A stretch of 64,000 bases of DNA from Lama glama (GCA_028534125.1 CM052817.1:98582001-98646000), one strand, 5' to 3'; positions 24,860 to 39,279 are shown, counted from the first letter of the stretch. The notes: a model not told the origin generated them from the letters alone. Numbers and translations: made by a program.

Positions 24860-27800
24860 TTTGTATCGGTTTCATTGAGATCCTATTTATATACACCTAA
24901 ATTCAATATTTTTAATTGAACAATATGATACATTTTGACAAACGCACACAGTCATATCACCACCCCAGTAATCATGATATAGAATATTTCCACCACCTTC
25001 CAAAGTTCCCATGTGCCCCTTTGCAGTCAACCCCTACTCCTGCTCTCTGGCCCTTTTCAACAACTAATTTGTTTTCTTTTTTATCACTATTGGTTTGCCT
25101 TTTCTGCAGTTTCATATATATGAAATTATACAGAATGTAGTATCCTGTGTGGTTAACTTCTTTCACTTAGCAAAATGGTTTTGCTATTCATGCTTATTGT
25201 TGTATGTCGATCATCTTTTCACTGGTTAATTCATATATCTTCTCTAGTCAGAATCTACCTATATTTATGGCATTGACATCTTCTTACTGATGACTTGTAA
25301 GAATTCTTTCCATATTTTAGAAATGAAGTCTTTGCTGGATATGTTTTTTTACAACTATTTTCTCCTAGTCTGTGACATTTATTTATATTTTCATCAATAT
25401 TTTCTGAGGAATAAAAGTTTTTAATTTTGATGATGTCCAGTTTATTGAATCTTCCCTTTAAAAAAACCTTCCTGAAACTCAAAGTTGCTAGTATTTTCTC
25501 TCATGTTTGTCAAATGCTTTTTCTACAACTATTGAGATGATCGTTTTGTGGGGAGGGGGTTCTCTTAATATGGTCAATTACATTGACTACTTTTTTTTAA
25601 GTGTTAAACCAACTTTACATTCCAGAGTAACCCAAATGGTCATGAACTATTATTCTTTTTGTTGTATTAAGCTTTTATGTTGTTGGACTCAATTTACTAA
25701 AAGTTTTTGAAGAATTTTTGCATCTATGTTTATGATCTAATACAAGTTTATACTAATCTGCAGTTTTCTTTGCTTAGAATGTCCATCTGATTTTAACATC
25801 AGTGTAATGCTGGCCTAGAATGAGTTGGAAGTTTTTCCCCCTTTTTAATAATATGGACAAGTTTATGTATAAATAGTATCATTTCTCCTTTAAAAGTTTG
25901 GTAGAATTCAGATGGAAAGCCATGAGGGTCTGGAGTTTTCTTTGTGGGAAAGATTTTTGTCTACAAGTTCAATTTCTTTAATAGAGATAGGGCTATTTAA
26001 GATATATAATTCTTCTCAAGTGCACTTGGTAGTCTGTGTGTTTCAAAATTTTTTCCAGTTTCCCCTAAATTGTCAAATTTACGCTCATAAAGTTTCTCAT
26101 GTTATTCTGTTATCCTTTAAATACATATAGGAATGGTGGTGTCATCACAGCTCTCATTCCTGATATTTTCATCTCTTCTCTTTTTTTCTGGATCAGCCTG
26201 GCTAGATGCTTATTAATTTTATTGATCTTCTCAAAGAACCAACTTTTAGTTTCATTTATTTTCCTCCATTTTTTTCTGCTTTCTGTTACATTGATTTCTG
26301 CTCTAACCTTTAAAATTTCTTTAATTATAGATTGAGTTATGTTTTCCTTTCAGTGCTTTGAAGGTATTACTACACTGCCTTCTGGCTTGCATAATTATTC
26401 TTTTCTTTCCTTTATTCCTTGGATTGCTTTTAAGATTTTCTCCTTATCACAGGTTTTAAGTAATGTGCTGATGCTATGCATTAGTATAATTTTTCTTTGT
26501 TTTTCTTGATCTTGGGATTCATTGAACTTGGTATCATGGATTTACAGTTTTTGTCAAAATTGGAAAAATGTGGCCATTATTTATTCAAATATTTTTGTGT
26601 CCTTTCCCTTATTCAGAGAAGCCCATTTCACTGACACTAGGCTGCTTAAAGTTGTCTGAAGCTCAGTAATGCTGTTTTTGTCTTTCTTGTTGGTGAGTTT
26701 CAGGGTAGAGTTTTGGGGAAAAGATAGTCTCTTTTTTTCTCTCTCTGTTTCATCTTGGATAGTTTCTATTGCTGTGTCGTTTAGTTCACTAATTTTTTCT
26801 TTTGCAGATTCTAATCTGTCATATATTTCATGTAGTATATTTTTCAGACATTTTATATTTCATGCCTGGAAATCCAATTTGGTCTTTTTTTAATGTCTTT
26901 CATGTCTCTACCTAGCAAGCTTAATCTTTAAGTAGCTTCTTGAATACATGCAACATAGTTATAATAACTAGTTTAATGTGTTTACCTACTAACTCTATCA
27001 TCTGTCCCATTTCTGAGTCAGTTTTGATTCATTGATTTTTCCCCTTATTATGGGTTATATTTTCCTGCTTCTTTGAATGCCTAGAAATTTTTCATTGGAT
27101 TACAGACATTGTGAATTTTACCTTCTTGGATGCTATATATTTTTGTATGCCTTTAAATAAACATGAGTTTTGTTTAGAATGCAGTAGAATTAATGGGGAA
27201 CTGGTTCTTCAAGCTTTGTTTTTAAATTTTATTAGGCAGAACCATAACAGATATCACTCAATGACAGGAGTTGGCAGATTATGGCTTATAGGACAAATCC
27301 AGCCCACAGGATGTTTTTGTATGACCCATGAGCTAAGTAAGAATACTTTTTGATTTTTTTAAAGGATTGTAAAAGGAAGAAAAAAATACGGAGGAGGGAG
27401 AATCAACAGAAGTCGTATGTCAAACACCATGTCTAAAATATTTACTATCTGACCTTTCGTAGAAAAAGTTTGTCAATCCCTGGTCTAGGGATAATCTTGC
27501 CCCCTTCTTGAGGCAATACCCTAATGAATTACAAGAATTGCAAGGTCCTCTATGCTGGCTGGTAAGAGCATGAACTGTCTGTACAATACGTGCAGGTTGT
27601 TTTCTCTGCTCCTTTTGGCTCGTTCTTTTCCTGGCCTTGCACAGTTTTCTCACATGCGTATTCTGACAGCACTCAGCTGAGGACTCAGGGGGCTCACTGC
27701 GTGTCTCTGGAGCTCTCTCTCTGTGCAGCTTTCTGTATTCCAGGACTCTGTTTTAGGAACTCTAGCCTTGTTGGCTTTCTCTGACTCTCAACTACATCTC

Positions 27801-27995
27801 AGCTCAAAGACTGCTGGACTCCTTCTCAATTCCCCCTTCCCAGAACTGCAGTTTAGAAATTCTCTCCAGACAATAAACTGGGTTAGTTGGGCTAGTTGTA
27901 GTCTTATCATGCTTGCTTCCTGTCCCTCAGGGATCACTGTTCTGTACAGCCTCACGTCTAATGTCTGAAAATCATTGTTTCATATATTTTGTCCA
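24860..27995 (-). mobile_element. Degraded L1 patchwork (3' end, ORF2 pieces, 5' region), interrupted by a MER58-type element
   Basis: T-rich strand; TTTTTGCATCTATGTTTATGA (reverse of the RT NIDAKI motif); TTTATTGATCTTCTCAAAGAACCAACTTTT; L1M 3'-end motifs at 24870-25200. Confidence 0.85.
27265..27482. mobile_element. MER58-family hAT MITE
   Basis: CAGGAGTTGGCAGA...CCCATGAGCTAAG...CTAAAATATTTACTATCTGACCTTT...AAAAAGTTTGTCAATCCCTG. Confidence 0.8.
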
Positions 27996-28251
27996 GATAC
28001 TCCATTGTAGCTATAAACGATAGTATCTATTGTTCTCTGTCAAATCTCAAGTTCTCCTTGTTGAAGAAATTCAGAGATTGCAAGACCAGTGCTTAAAGGA
28101 AAATGAATAGTTACCACTTTATTCTTTGTAATTACTTATCTGTGTGCCATTATTTTCTCAGTACTGTGCAATCAAAAACCAGCACTTAATGTGTTGCTGA
28201 TAAACTGTAATTTTTATCTATAATGTCTAATTTTAAATTTTCTATTTGTCT

Positions 28252-28682
28252 TCATAGAAAAAGAGATCAGATTTGTGGTTACCAGAGGGGGTGTGGGGGG
28301 ATGAAAGCAGTCAAAAGGTACTAAAAAACTTACAGTTATAAGATAAATAAAAAAAAGAAGAACTTGAAGGAAAGCCATTCCTTACCATGTGATTTATAAA
28401 AAAAAAAAAGATAAATAAGTACTGGAGATGTAATGTGCATGTTAAATAGAATTAGCACTGCTGTATGTTCTGCATGGAAGTTATTGAGAGAGTAAATCCC
28501 AAGAGTTTTCATCACACAAAAAAATTTTTCTATTTCTTTAATTTTGTATCTGTATAAGATTATGGATGTTGACTAAACTTATTATAGTAATCAATTCATG
28601 ATATATGTAAATCAAATCATTATGCTGTACAGCTTATACAGTGCTGTATGTCAATTATATCTTAATAAAAGTAGAAGAAATT
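28252..28682 (+). mobile_element. L1 (L1MA/MB-type) 3' end containing a 57-bp insertion
   Basis: GTGGTTACCAGAGG...AGTTATAAGATAAATAAGTACTGGAGATGTAATG...TGTCAATTATATCTTAATAAAA. Confidence 0.85.
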
Positions 28683-31039
28683 AATAATAAATGAAATTTT
28701 GTCAGTGTAGCCTCATCATTCTCACTAAATTCTTTTATAAGTAAACATCATAAAATTTGAACTCAAAAAAGAACTGTATTCTAATAAAATAACTCATATA
28801 TTGATACTCTTTGAAATCTCTTAAGTGAAAAGAAGGTCCTGATGTTTTAAAAATGTTTGAAAACACTGATTAAGCAGAAATACTCTTAACATTTAGGAGT
28901 TAATACCTAAAAAGATTTCCAAAGATACAAGGGGGAAAAATCCAGATTAGAGTTCGAGTCACTAAATGGATGAGAAACACTAAACTCCCACACCAAAAGG
29001 GAATATTACTGTAGCTCATTATTTTTCAGGTACAAAAATTCTTGCCTCTAGAACTGTAGTTTGGGTTGAAAAAGTTCTAGCTACCCACTATTTTAGCATA
29101 TTTAATTATATGAAATGCAAAGCATTTTTTGCCAGTGTTTAGAAAATGTCTGAATATTCCTGATTCTTTGCAGGACATCACACATTTGGCCTCCTATTCC
29201 GATCTTTCCACCATTTTTTCAAGATATGCTTAGACCATTAAGGACTTACTATTTGGCAAAATTAACATTTGTTCCATACTCTGTGTGGTCTTTCCATCCA
29301 TCAACAGTGAAATGAACAACATGAAATTGCATCCAGAGATTGATTTACAGTGTCAATAAATTTGCTATCTCCAGGGAACTCCTGACTACAAAATCATTAT
29401 CTAATTAAATTAAAGGGTGAAAGCACAAAAGTATTCCTAATTCAGGTCACAATCAACCCAGCAATGAAGACAGCAGTAGCAGTCCATTAACTATCACCCC
29501 AAGAAAAAAAAACTCTAAGGTCTGTGGCTTCTCTGATTAGATAGCCTTCAAGCTATTGTATGTATTGTTGTGGGCTTATAATTCGTACCTCTTCACTGTG
29601 AAAAAGATTTTATTTTGAAAACACCCATTGAAATGTGAATAATTAAATTTCCATATGAAAAATTCATTTGAAAATAGTTTTATTGCCTAGCACAAAAGAA
29701 AGGCCATTTCCTCAGATATGGAAATTCTAAAAGCGGCATTTTGAAATGTTAATTTAGAAATTTAAAATCTAAATCTTTAACTATGTACAGGAACATCAAT
29801 TTATATGCATTGTAGTCTCTAAGCATGAAGTGTATTTCCTAAGAAGCTCTATTTATGACTTATTTTACATCACAAGATCTTACAAAGATATAATATATTA
29901 TTCTGATAAAAATTATAAACACAATTTTCATAAGGAAATTCATAAAAGTCTAAGTAAGTATTCACAAAGGAGAGAGAAAATGTAAAGTGAATTAATGCAT
30001 TTAAAGAGAGGACTTAAAATTATAATTTATTTTAAACTTACACAGAGTGAGTCTAATTCTTTGAGGAATTTTTATTTTAAAACTTTGCTACTACCTTCTG
30101 ATGAAGCAAAGCAATGCAAAACCAAGGAAATTACAGTACTGTTAGGAACAATACAGATTTCTATTAGCATGCACTAACAATGGTGGGGTTTTTTTAAACT
30201 TTTAATATACATCAGGATGATAAACAGTCTGCTTATTGAAAGTTGCCAAACAAATTTTGCTATGATGTTTAGTTCTCAAAATTCTCTAGAGACGTCAAGC
30301 AAAGAAAATTTTTGAAAATTAAGCACAACGCTTAGAACCATTTATGATGTATCATCTTTGGCCCTTAAAAATAAAAGGGAAAGCGAGTATAGAATGAATT
30401 TGCCAGTTGTGCTAGAAGAATCTGGCAAAATAATCCTCCATACGGGTTATCACCAGTAGTTGCCTGGGACATCTATATTTTCAGGAGAAAGTTTCTAAAA
30501 AGCATACATGCATATGCTACATTTCTATAGTTGAAAAGCTTCTAGCAACCAATTTTGTGTAAGAGGTTTAACATCTCTATGTTTGTTCATTTGTGATGTG
30601 AAAAGCATACAGCCCAGTTCCAAGTGGAATGGAGGATATTTAAATGCTTTGGAAGGATTTGCCTGGCAATAAGTTTTAACATTTTGGAAAAGAGGAATTA
30701 CAGATTCCAGCTATCTTCCCCAGGATCATCATCATCACAAATCACTCATGAGAAGTACCTAAACCTGTGCCTACACAAAAGAGACGCTCCATAAATAGAA
30801 TCTCCTCCCTCCCCGTTTTCCCTCACCCCGACTCCTTCCCTATCACATGCAGTGCAGTAGTTTCCCGCCGGCCAGTGATGGAGAAGAATGAGGGAGAGGT
30901 CAAGCCACTGTCTTCTATGTGAGCAGTTCTATATCTATCTGCTGTACATATGGGCATCCAGTTAAGAATTTGTTTGAATAAAGAGTTCTAATTGCACTAC
31001 TGGGAGAAAAAGATGATCTCTGTCCTTTAGAAATGAAAT

Positions 31040-32030
31040 TCTGTCCCAAGCTTTCTTTTTCCAGGGTGATTGCATGTCCTCCCACAGTTTCAACTATCCC
31101 TTACACAGTGATGCCCGTATTTCTATTTCAAGCCCTTCATCTCCAGTACCCAATCAGTCACAAAAGCCTGTGAACCCCCAAATATCTTTTACTCCTCTCT
31201 ATTCTCACTCCCACTCCACCCTACTCCTACCTCCAATGCTTCAGTTCAGGTCCAGATTATTGTGTGTGTGCGGATTAGTGGAATGGAATAGAATAGAACA
31301 GTTCACTCCAGCAGTGATATGTGGGTGACCCTGGGAGGAGGAGTCCTGGGAGGCAGCCATCCAGACAGGAAGTGATGAAGACAAGGATTAGAGGGTGGTA
31401 ATGGGAAGGGAAGAGTGAGTGTGAAAAACATTACACAAGAAGATTCAAAAGATCTGTTAATTGACTAATCACAAGGGGAAGAGAGCAAGCAAAGAGTCAA
31501 AGTGACTCTAATATTTCCAGGATAAGTAAATTGGAAAATGCCTACTGAGAATAGGTGGCAAAAAATAGTAGGAGTCCTTTAAAAAAGATGCAGGAAATTG
31601 ACTTGAAAGTAGGAGAACCATAACTTCTCAGCACTAAGAATTAAAATAGTAATAAATATTATAAAGTATACATTATATGATTTATAATTCTATTTATTAT
31701 TGGCACTAATTTTGTTAATGATTTTAATATTATTTTTCCTACAAAGAAATACAAGACCATGAGGAATGATCAATAACATGAAAAGACGTGAACTTTAAAA
31801 AGACATGAATACAGAGAAATATTCACTTGGATTTGCCAATGAGGAGACTGTCAGTGACTCAGAGAGCAGAGTGGGGATGTAAGCCAGTCTACAAGGAACT
31901 GACAACATGAGTGGGTGATGAAAATTGCAGGAAGTAACAGATTTTAAGTATGGCAGAGAAAGGAGGCTTGGGAAAGGAAAATATTAGGATAAGATGGCTG
32001 CTTGAAGGGATTATGAGCCTTGTAAAGTTT
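31040..32030. mobile_element. Cluster of L2 fragments
   Basis: L2-like motifs on both strands (CACAGTTTCAACTATC; GAGTCAAAGTGACTCTAA; CACTTGGATTTGCCAATGAGGAG). Confidence 0.5.
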
Positions 32031-33739
32031 GTAACTTTTTAGAAGAGAGTTAATAGAAAAGAGTCTTGCATTTTATCAAGCAGGAAAATTTGCTTCCAGT
32101 GTTTCTTTTATAAATAAGTCACAATACGAGAGAGCAGGCTCCCATATCAGAAAAGATATGTACAGAAATCTGTGCTGTTCTGATATCCATCATATTCCAG
32201 CTACTTGTATCTTTTGGATATCTGATTCTGAGTCACTCACTGGCCAAGAGAGCAAGGGCAGGGATATTGCAAAGATATCTATCACCTTACAAAACAACAC
32301 AAATAATGTCACAGGGCTGCCAACTTTCAAGGTAATTTTTCCTTCAGACTTTCAATTTAACCTTTTAACATCTTTTTCAAAAAGTAGATTCTGTATGAAG
32401 TTATTTGATGACACAAAACGTTGAGATTATAGCATCCACCAGACAGTCTATATTAAGTCAAATGTCAGCAAAAATTTTAATCACTAACATGGCCAGGTGA
32501 CAGAAAGCATGTCTGATATTCTGCATTTATGAATTTATTTCCTGAAATAAATTCACACCCTCAAGTTCAGCAGAACTGAAAATGAAATTAGAATAAAGGA
32601 TAAAAATCCCAAATGCATACAGTTTACTGACTGGCCTTCACCATTTCATAAATAGACAGTGCTTGAAACCTGCCCTTCAGTTCATAATCATAGCCTGCCA
32701 AAAGCTTCTAAAAGCAAGTAGGAAGGAATGGGGGAGTGAGTTTGTGATCTGAGGAGGAGATACTGTATTTTTGGAAAATTCCATTTAAATAACTCAGTTG
32801 TAACAAATCCCCTTCCCAGATCCCCATTCTAGGAAACTGAAAAGCAGTAATTAGAACGGGTGGGCTGAGAAAGTCAACTAGACACAGATTGACAGATAGG
32901 CCTACCAGAAGAGGCATCCCATGAACTTCATTATTCCAACAATACTGTCTTTATTTACCTACTAAAGTGGGTATATTGTGTTCAGCAAAGCTTTTCAATA
33001 AGCTGAAACATGCTGCTAAAAGAATAGCCCACCACCACCAAGAACTGCTCATTTAAAGATACAAAAACCAGTGTGGCAATTATTTCTGTAATCCCCACAG
33101 AAAACAGTGAAATAGCTTTCTTCGTGAGCCTTGCAAATCACCACCATAGCAACTTTACACGTGCAGTCCCCTGTGGGTCGCCTGCCTCTCAGAATGAGGC
33201 CAGGAACTAGGGAATTCAAGCTCTTGTATCAGAACAAGAGGAAAAAGTGGACATACAATAGTTTTGTAGCAAAGTTAAATTTCGGAAATTCTAACAGCAA
33301 ATCACATGTAATAATCACACATGATGTCCCTGCATCTTGTTATACTGTTCATTTGAGTGTTCTTAGAATTCACAGGCCTGTTCTATATCCCCATAAGATC
33401 AAAAGATTCACTGATTAAAAATGGTCGCTGCAAGAGTGTTCGTGTATGTGTATGTGTTTTATTTGGGATTTCTTTTTTTTTTTTTTCTGATTCTGAACTG
33501 AAAGAGAATTTTCAAAAGGAAAGTATTCTGTGCTATTAACAGCCACTGAATGAGGCTAACGCTGGTTATGGAAAAGTACCATTTCCAACAGTCTGCTACC
33601 AATTTGTAACACATACCCTGAATAAATCAAAAAACACCGATGAATTATGTGAAAATGTAGAAATGGGTGCCTTGTGATTAAGCTTGTGCCATTGAAGGGT
33701 CTTCATTTTCTCATATGTCAAATGAACAGACTGAACTAG

Positions 33740-33925
33740 ACAGGTTCCAATCCTGGCTATACCACCTAATTTCTATAATTATGAACAAATTACTTAACTT
33801 CTCTTTGCCTCAGTTTCCTGACCTGTAAAACGAAGAGTGATAACAGTGCACACCTCAAGAAATGAATTAATACATGAACAGATAAAATCGTACCTGCCTG
33901 GTAGTAACTGTTCAATAAACATTCT
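33740..33925 (+). mobile_element. MIR SINE
   Basis: ACTTAACTTCTCTTTGCCTCAGTTTCCTGACCTGTAAAA core. Confidence 0.85.
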
Positions 33926-34479
33926 CCATGGTCGTCAAGAGAAGACACCAAGTGCTTTCCAGCTCTTTGACCTGTGATTGATAGTGCACATGTTGGCTTC
34001 CCTTAAGAATTAAGTATCACAGCCAAAAAAGGAAATAATTCTGATGAAATATTGTTTATAAAGTATTTGGTGCCATCCTATTGTAAAGACCAAATAAATT
34101 AGAGTGTTCATAAGATATTTTTTTTGATCAGTACTTCTGAGCACAATAATTGGGCCTTAAAAAAAAATCAAATGTTATTTCCAGAATAAAAACGAAGTAG
34201 TCAGAGCCATTATTGGGGATCCTTTTCCTTTCTGATTACTCTATCCTTTGTGGTTCTTATCTCTTTTCTGAGTGCCCATAACTGCGAAACTACCAGAGTG
34301 ATTTAAAAGAGTATAAAATGGGTAGGTCCTACAAATAATTATAAAAGAAGAGGTCTTTGTTAAGAATATTTACAGGGGCATCACGGTGAAGAACTTAGAA
34401 CCTGAGCTTCTTTGGAAGGGTCCCAACACTTTGAGGGAAAAAAGAAAAACATTTTTTATGCATTTCAAATGCATAAGTC

Positions 34480-35700
34480 ACACATTAATTTACTGAATAA
34501 ATATTTAATAAAGATGTTAAGCACTGTTGTAGAAACCATAGATACCTAAGTAAATACATAGTCCCTTCCCTTCAGGAGTTTATAGTTTTGTAGGAATACA
34601 GTCATATAAACCAACAATTACAGTACAGCACAACAGGAGAAATATTAGAAGTGTAAGAGGTCCAATGGGAGCATGAAAGAAAGAGGACCAGGGTCTGCCT
34701 GGAAGGGCCAGTCAAAAATTTACAAAGGGAAAAGAATGGAAATTTTTCCGCAGCCTGGGAAGGATCAGAGGGCACTCTAGGCAAAGGGAATGTCATTTGC
34801 CCAAATCTGGGGGCATAAAAGAGCCTGTTTGATATGCTGCAAAAAAAAAGATTGATATTGCTAAAGGATGAAATATGGATGGAGACACAAAACTGGAGTG
34901 AGTGATAGGAAACAGACCAATCATGCTTGACTACAGAATTCAGACTTTATTCTACAGGTGCTACATGAAGAATCATGACAAATGAAACCAATGATAACTG
35001 ATGCCAAGTTTGGAAAGGTCACTCGAGCCACAAAACAAAGCCTGGCTCAGAGGAGAGGCAGAGCAAGAACCCCAGGCTGGAGACAGTGAGTGCTTAAAAT
35101 AAAGCAGGAGTCTTTGTAAGTAGAAATGAAGGAATGCTGAAACACGTATTTAGGAATTTGATCTCTGATTACATGTAGGCATGAGAAAGAGGTAGGAAAC
35201 AAGAGTAACTGCACAGTTTCTTTCTTGAGTAAAACAGGTGAAAGATGAAGGGAGGAAGAGAAGTTCCGTGCGTTTGGGTGAGGACACGTGAGTTGTCTGT
35301 GGGATTTCCAGGTGCAGACGTTGGATCTGGTGGTCCAGAGAGAGATTTGAGCTAAAGGTAGAGATTTGGATGTCATGAGGATAGAAATGATGGGCATGAA
35401 TGAGTTTGCCCCGCTAGAGTGTGGAGATGAAAAAAGAAGGGACCTAAAAGAAGGCATCAGAATTCCTAGGGAGAGGTTCAAAGTCATGGAGACCAGACAG
35501 AGGAGCGAATGTTCGCCAGCACCAAGTGTCGCTGCCAGCATGTGAAAAAGCACAGGGGAACAATAAATGTCTACCAGATGTGATAAATTAAGGAGCCATA
35601 AGTGAGTCTGAGGGAAGAGGAGAGGGGAAGAAGTTGGGTCTTGTGGGTTGAGGATTAAATAAAGCAAGTGAGAGGAAGCAGACCCAGCTCTCTCTAGACT
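34480..35700 (-). mobile_element. L2 LINE remnant
   Basis: L2 3'-end motif at ~34480-34590; purine-rich plus strand with GAGAGATTTGAGCTAAAGGTAGAGATTTGG (reverse of the L2 RT region). Confidence 0.8.
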
Positions 35701-37239
35701 AACACCCATGCAGCTCATCTTATTTTATAGACATTGCAAACACAGTCACACTTCCAGCTCACTTGTTAAAACCACGCCAGTCCTGAGTAGATGTTTATGG
35801 TAAGTTACAATCTACATGATATGATATTAAAGATGCCCGGGGGCTCCCTTTTTCCCGGAAAAGACTTTTCACCAATTGACTGATTCCTGAAAATCTGACA
35901 AAAGACAAAGCCAGTCTTGCAGACAATAATTAAAAATAAAATTTTACATGTAAATTCCCTTAGGAGAGGTAAAACATGGACAAATTCTATTTAAGCTGGA
36001 AATTACCCTGACTCTTTTCTAAGAAGGGCAAGCTGCCAGAAGGAATCTGAGAGAGCCCTGGAAAAGGAGACAAAAAGAAGGGCCTGAAAGTACTGAAAAC
36101 AACATTGTACCTGGTCTGAAATTTTATTTAGAGTTACCCCCATGACCTATGGTTTTAGAGGTCACATTACCATAAACATAAGGAGGCAGATCCATAACCA
36201 TTGGGAGAATTATTTCCTTTGGTTGCAAGAGGAGAGAATTATCCTGATTAATAATTTCACATTGTCTAAACTTTAGATAGCTTTAAATAAAAAGTCTGCC
36301 CTTATTCTCCAACCCACATATTCATTTTCAGCTTCTGTCTAATAATCTTGACACATTTCATTTGGTTTTACAGGTTTTTAAAAAAATATTTCTTTAGCAT
36401 TACTTAATTTTTTAATTGCCAGGAAAGGTTTTTAAAATCTATTATGTGTATTATGATATGGAACTATTAAGTTGGAGCATATATACTGACTTTCAGGTAT
36501 TTTTGAAGCCTGTCATAAAGTCTTAACTTTTAAAAATACTCTACTACTTTCATGAGCCTTCTAAAAAAAAAAAACACTCATCAGAGCAATTTAGAAAGAA
36601 ATATGGCATTAAAACGAGGTAAATTTTCCATGTGTTATACTGTGACTTAGTTGGGCCCTCCCATTAAAGTGAAATGTGTCTTCCAACTAGTGTGAAGTAG
36701 TCATGATTTATTTGAGCCTGATGGTAAAGGTCTATTAAAACAATAACTTGGACATAGTCTTCATAGCTAACACGTCACTCATTGAAGAGATCAGGGCAGG
36801 AATTCCACAGAAGGCTGTATGTCTATCCGTGTCAAGGAAATGAGCAACCAAAGGGACTAAAGAAGTTGAACTCCTCATGTATGGATAACCCCATTCTCAG
36901 AGGGTCTCTAGGAGTCAGGAAAGATGTGGAAACTGCCTGTTGGAGGTGGGGGGGATCTCAAAGCCTGTGCCTGATACAGTCCTGGACCATCATCATGGAC
37001 CAGCTCTGCGTTTAACAAAGGAAGTGTTTGTGGTTGGATAAGGGGAACAAAAGAACGATATTTAATTCTTTAAAATAACACACAGCAGCGTTGCTTTACA
37101 ATACCCCTCGCTGATAAACAGGTTTTGACATTCTAAGGATGAAATTCACCTTCCCCATGGGTTTTCCCTAAGATTACATCTACCGAACTCTCTCAACAGC
37201 CCTTTAAATTGGGTAAAGCTTTTTAGGTACTTGAATCCA

Positions 37240-38560
37240 GCAAATGACTTTCACCAGCCATTTCACTTTTTCTATTGCTAGACACCTATGTCATCACCAA
37301 ACTTCTCAAATGCAAGTTCTATCTTATTTCTTCTCAGTACAAAGACAGTCCTCAATTCATTGCCTCAGCACTCCCCTGAAACTGCTCTAGTTAAAACAAC
37401 CAGTCACACAGAAAAACAAAAACAGCCCCCTTCCAATCACTGATCCAATGCTCTGTTTTCTGTCTTGGCCTCTCCTGACCTTCTGCGGCATTTATTGCTC
37501 TTAACCATCTCTTCCAGTGCTTTCCAGAGCCCCGTTCGCTCCTGCTTCTTATCCTCTGTCTCTGACCACTTTTCTCTCCTACTTCCTGAATGACCTCTAC
37601 CACTACTCCTAAAGGTTCCCATGATTACATATGAGATCCAAGTTTCCATTTACTCCCTCCTCTGCCTTTCTGACCCCAGGAAGCATCCACAGGCCTGCGA
37701 GTTTTAAATCTTCATCCCCAGCCCCAGTCTCTCCCAAGATCCAGACACACATTCACCTTTACATTCCACAGATTCTTTTCAGACACCATAACCAAACCTT
37801 ATTTTAGGTTTGCCTTACCCAGTCCCATTTTAAAACCCATCTTTCCTATGTTTCCTATCTCAATGAATGGTGATACTCCAAGTATAAAAACCTGGGACTA
37901 TACTGGGCTTCCTCTTTCTTTCACCCCTGACCACCAAAATGAGTCACCAAAACTCAGTTCTATCATAGAAATACTTCACAAATCAAATCTCTTTCCTATA
38001 GCATTGCCTCTGCCCTTAGATCAACCACGCCTTCCTTAGTGAATGGATTGATGAAAGAACCTCTCACCTAGTCTCTGGCCAGCAATTTCTCTTCATCCTG
38101 CAAGCATTCACACACTGGATCTTAAAAGCAACTGGTGACCCTGTCACTTCCCAATGTAAAGATTTCCATTGCTCCACCTCGGCTGCCTTCAGATGAAGTT
38201 CAAGCTCCTTAAACAGACATACAAGACCCTCAAAGTCTGGCCCATTCTGCTTCTCCAGTCCTAGATATTGCAGCTCTTCTCACAAAGCATCTACTACATG
38301 TAGTCATGTAGGACTTCTCATTTACTCTGAAATCTGATATTAATTCCCGCATTGATGCCTGACCCCTTTGAAACACTCCCCTCCCCATTTATTCTCAATC
38401 TGTTAGCTCTCCTTTGAGCTAAAGGTCCATCCTTAGATTCCTTGAGTTTCATCCTCAACATTTCCTCATCTCTCTTGCCTTCCTGCTCTTCTTGTTCATC
38501 CTACAAAACCCAACTCTGGATCAATCCAAATATATGAATTCTTCACTCCTACTCCCTGGG
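37240..38560 (+). mobile_element. L2 LINE remnant
   Basis: CTCCTGACCTTCTGCGGCATTT, TTTCCTATCTCAATGAATGG, GTTCAAGCTCCTTAAAC...ACAAGACCCT. Confidence 0.75.
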
Positions 38561-39279
38561 GTAATCACCTTTATCAGTTCTGCTCTCAGAAATAAGTCCA
38601 TTAAATTTTATGGAAATAGCATATAATAGCAGTAGGTGTCATTCTGCTCCATGAGAAATTAATGAAATGGATGATATTCAGAATATCCTCTGGTGCTGCC
38701 ACAAGAGTTAGAGCTTTTGGTGGGAAACTTTGAATAGGTGATTTCTCTGTCCAGGAAAGGCTTTGTCTTGGTCAATGAAAAGTTTGAGCCCACAATCAGG
38801 ATTGTAGGAGAATCAGAGCATGATCCTGTGGCTCTCTTTCCAACCAGCCTGCATAAAAGACTCATTAGGTCAAATCCAATTGACCTTCCTTTCTGGATGA
38901 GTTTCTGATTAATAGATTGATTTAAATAATAGCAGAAAGTTATTTTTTGTTTCTATATTCTGGTATGAACTTGAAAAGCATTTTTCTTTGAATAAAACAG
39001 CAAAGTAACATGTAGAGAAAGGGAACTAGCTTACTATCTCTTATGCGGAGTGGCATTTTGCTTTTGTTGACATCAGTTATCAATTTCATCCAACACACAG
39101 TAGGCCAAGCTGGGGTCTAGCCAAGGATCCTGAACATTGGCAGTGGGCAAGTCTTAGAGCAAACGGCAGAGAAGAGCTCTTCCTGTCCAGAAAGGAAAAC
39201 ACATCTGACTCTTCTCTGAGGTGAACCAAATCCAGAGAGAGTTAGTCCATTCATGACTCTGTTCAAATAAGAACAGACT

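Noticed and set aside
35047..35718. Longest ORF (223 aa)
   Set aside because: Lies within a decayed L2. A few residues echo the L2 RT (TWKSHRQL) but most are off-frame; not a gene.
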